Below the pieces are notes generated by a model that was not told where the DNA came from, ran no database searches, and worked only from the letters and a program-made list of their open reading frames with translations. From the human T2T-CHM13v2.0 reference genome, Homo sapiens, in the NCBI RefSeq assembly GCF_009914755.1, contig NC_060948.1: a stretch of DNA of 64,000 nt; one strand, 5' to 3'. Positions 58,947 to 64,000 of the stretch are shown one piece after another; within the stretch, counting starts at the first letter, position 1, and each line of letters starts with the position of its first letter. A program made the position numbers and the translations under genes.

Positions 58947-59517
58947 AGATCCATATTTTTTAAATGAAAAAGAATTTCAAAGGTACTCTGCTTGGTACAA
59001 TAATCAAATGTATAAACTCAGGAATAAAACATAACCATGAAACCTACTTATAACTGCATATGGAAAATACAGAGGATAATTTTTTAAATAACATATTTTG
59101 AAAGCCTTAACTAGTAATTTGAAGAGCTGGCATTTGAAAGGCCAGTATGAATATACCTTCAAAGCAGCAACACAGGTTCCCCATGAGAAAAAGCAAACAC
59201 AGGGAAAATAAAAACACAAAGGTTCAATCTCTTCTGACCTTTGAAAGACACAGCACAGACAGTGGTACTTAGGACGAAGAGCAGGAGACCCGTAATTCCG
59301 TCACCATGGCGATAGGGCATAAACATTGCTGGGTGAGGGCAAAATCCACATTGTGAGGTCCAACTGCTGCCAGGAAGACAGGAGTGCTTTTACATAGACC
59401 GAAAGGTCATTGAAGGCTCAGAGTTTTGTTTCAAGAACTGAATCCCAAGCCCACACGTTATTAGGCTGCGCTTCTTAAAGCAAGTTATGAGATGGGAAAA
59501 AGGGCACCCACAAACAT
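58947..59517. repeat. HSATI segment, unit 25
   Basis: Near-identical to 920-1490. Confidence 0.8.
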
Positions 59518-61051
59518 ACGTATACATTATGTATATAATAATATACAGTATCATATATATAATATATATAACCTATGTATAATATTGTTTTACATCCTGC
59601 ATCTTATGTTATATATATTGTATAAAATATAATAATTGATAATATATAAGTTTTATAATTATACAATATGACATATAGTATATATTATAATTTACGACAT
59701 ATATAATATATGTTATATGTCATATATAGAATATATTATACGGTTAATATACGTATTAAATATAAATTATACATTATATATATTATATATAATATATCTG
59801 TTATATATAATACCCATTATGCATAATATATATATTATGTCTACGTTATATATAGTATAAAACAACATATAATAATATATAATTGTATATATAAAATGCG
59901 ATATATAATATATATTATATTTTATAACATATGTAATATATATTATATATTATATATAATACGTTGTATGTATATTACCTATATTAAATATATATTATAT
60001 GACTATGTTATTAATTACATGTCACATGTGTTATATATTATATATTTTACATAGAATATACCGGTTACATACAATATATACTATGTTACCTATAATGTAT
60101 AATTTATTACATGTAAAATAAAGAATGCAATATATTATGTATAATTTATATTATACAATATGTGGAATGTGATATATATAACATATAATATATGATATAT
60201 GATATACAGTATATGATATATAACATTCAATATATGATTCCTAATATATATGGTATACAATATATATTTTATGATATGTATTCTATATGTTTTATATTCT
60301 GTTATATATAACTATTTGAAATTATATATAACTGTATAATATTTTATGTAAATATGTAATATAATATATATAACTATATAATATATTATATATAACTATA
60401 TATAATGTTATATATACTTTCATAACATAATTTACATCAAATATCATAATATAATATATATTATATTATTTCATATTACATAATATATATTACATATCAC
60501 CCAATATAACTAACATACATAATATTATAATATAGATTATATTATGTTATATTAAATATCATATATATCATGTATCATATATTCTATAATATATATTACA
60601 CATTATATAATATGTATGTTGTCTATTATGTGATATATGTAACTATATATATAATTATATTTTTATACATATAACTAGATAAACATGTAATTCTACATAT
60701 TTTCATTTATAATATGTAGAATTATATAATCATATATAATTATTTATATTCTATAAAAAATTTTATCATTATATAAATTAGAATATATAAAAATTATAAT
60801 ATGTACTACAAATATATATATTATATATCATATATGCTATAGTACCTTTGTTATATATCATAATACATATAAATGTGTATTATGTTATCTATAATTATAT
60901 AATTTCATATATAAGTTGTATAATATGTATCATATATTATATATGTTATGTAATATATATAGTATATATAAGATGACACATGATAAATATTGTATACTAT
61001 GACATATAAAATATATCAGGTTATATGTTACATATAAGGCATAGCACATAA

Positions 61052-61366
<315 letters not shown>

Positions 61367-61937
61367 AGATCCATATTTTTTAAATGAAAAAAAATTTCAA
61401 AGTTACTCTGCTTGGTACAATAATCAAATGTATAAACTGAGGAATAAAACATAACCATGAAACCTACTTATAACTGCATATGGAAAATACAGAGGATAAT
61501 TTTTTAAATAACATATTTTGAAAGCCTTAACTAGTAATTTGAAGAGCTGGCATTTGAAAGGCCAGTATGAATATACCTTCAAAGCAGCAACACAGGTTCC
61601 CCATGAGAAAAAGCAAACACAGGGAAAATAAAAACACAAAGGTTCAATCTCTTCTGACCTTTGAAAGACACAGCACAGACAGTGGTACTTAGGACGAAGA
61701 GCAGGAGACCCGTAATTCCGTCACCATGGCGATAGGGCATAAACATTGCTGGGTGAGGGCAAAATCCACATTGTGAGGTCCAACTGCTGCCAGGAAGACA
61801 GGAGTGCTTTTACATAGACCGAAAGGTCATTGAAGGCTCAGAGTTTTGTTTCAAGAACTGAATCCCAAGCCCACACGTTATTAGGCTGCGCTTCTTAAAG
61901 CAAGTTATGAGATGGGAAAAAGGGCACCCACAAACAT
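61367..61937. repeat. HSATI segment, unit 26
   Basis: Near-identical to 920-1490. Confidence 0.8.
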
Positions 61938-63471
61938 ACGTATACATTATGTATATAATAATATACAGTATCATATATATAATATATATAACCTATGTAT
62001 AATATTGTTTTACATCCTGCATCTTATGTTATATATATTGTATAAAATATAATAATTGATAATATATAAGTTTTATAATTATACAATATGACATATAGTA
62101 TATATTATAATTTATGACATATATAATATATGTTATATATCATATATAGAATATATTATACGGTTAATATACGTATTAAATATAAATTATACATTATATA
62201 TATTATATATAATATATCTGTTATATATAATACCCATTATGCATAATATATATATTATGTCTATGTTATATATAGTATAAAACAACATATAATAATATAT
62301 AATTGTATATATAAAATGCGACATATAATATATATTATATTTTATAACATATGTAATATATATTATATATTATATATAATACGTTCTATGTATAATACCT
62401 ATATTAAATACATATTATATTACTATGTTATTAATTACATGTCACATGTGTTATATATTATATATTTTACATAGAATATACCGGTTACATACAATATATA
62501 CTATGTTACCTATAATGTATAATTTATTACATGTAAAATAAAGAATGCAATATATTATGTAAAATTTATAATATACCATACGTGGAATGTGATATATATA
62601 ACATATAATATATGATATATGATATACAGTATATGATATATAACATACAATATATGATTCCTAATATATATGGTATACAATATATATTTTATGATATGTA
62701 TTCTATATGTTTTATATTCTGTTATATATAACTATTTGAAATTATATATAACTGTATAATATTGCATGTAAATATGTAATATAATATATATAACTATATA
62801 ATATATTATATATAACTATATATTATGTTATATATACTTTTATAACATAATTTACATAAAATATCATAATATAATATATATTATATTATTTCATATTACA
62901 TAATATATATTACATATCACCCAATATAACTAACATACATAATATTATAATATAGATTATATTATGTTATATTAAATATCATATATATCATGTATCATAT
63001 ATTCTATAATATATATTACACATTATATAATATGTATGTTGTCTATTATGTGATATATATAACTATATATATAATTATATTTTTATACATATAACTAGAT
63101 AAACATGTAATTCTACATATTTTCATTTATAATATGTAGAATTATATAATCATATATAATTATTTATATTCTATAAAAAATTTTATCATTATATAAATTA
63201 TAATATATAAAAATTATAATATGTACTACAAATATATATATTATATATCATATATGATATAGTACCTTTGTTATATATCATAGTACATATAAATGTGTAT
63301 TATGTTATCTATAATTATATAATTTCATATATAAGATGTATAATATGTATCATATATTATATATGTTATGTAATATATATAGTATATATAAGATGACACA
63401 GGATAAATATTATATACTATGACATATAAAATATATGAGGTTATATGTTACATATAAGGCATAGCACATAA

Positions 63472-63786
<315 letters not shown>

Positions 63787-64000
63787 AGATCCATATTTTT
63801 TAAATGAAAAAAAATTTCAAAGGTACTCTGCTTGGTACAATAATCAAATGTATAAACTGAGGAATAAAACATAACCATGAAACCTACTTATAACTGCATA
63901 TGGAAAATACAGAGGATAATTTTTTAAATAACATATTTTGAAAGCCTTAACTAGTAATTTGAAGAGCTGGCATTTGAAAGGCCAGTATGAATATACCTTC
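63787..64000. repeat. HSATI segment, unit 27 (partial, window end)
   Basis: Matches 920-1133. Confidence 0.8.

Overview
The whole 64-kb window is one uninterrupted head-to-tail tandem array of a ~2.42-kb composite unit (about 26.5 periods, measured period 2413-2422 bp). Each unit has three parts: a diverged, 5'-truncated, minus-strand Alu of ~290 bp with an internal 16-bp duplication; a ~570-bp moderately GC segment matching the HSATI part; and ~1.55 kb of extremely AT-rich, degenerate (AT)n-like sequence. This is the architecture of the human DYZ2 / HSat1B satellite, most likely from Yq12 heterochromatin. Smaller HSat1B arrays on acrocentric short arms cannot be excluded without alignment. 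I find no protein-coding genes, RNA genes or CRISPR array, and the ORF-track ORFs are chance frames repeated with the satellite. I see no new biological system. What is interesting is the array's internal history, read by eye from unit-specific SNPs: a divergent ~18-kb subfamily block (~40.5-58.7 kb) containing a 4832-bp dimer higher-order repeat, a cryptic ~7.25-kb trimer duplication (~23-37.5 kb), several single-unit duplications, short conversion-like tracts, and a rare haplotype shared by units 60,447 bp apart. All variant calls are manual and need confirming by alignment.
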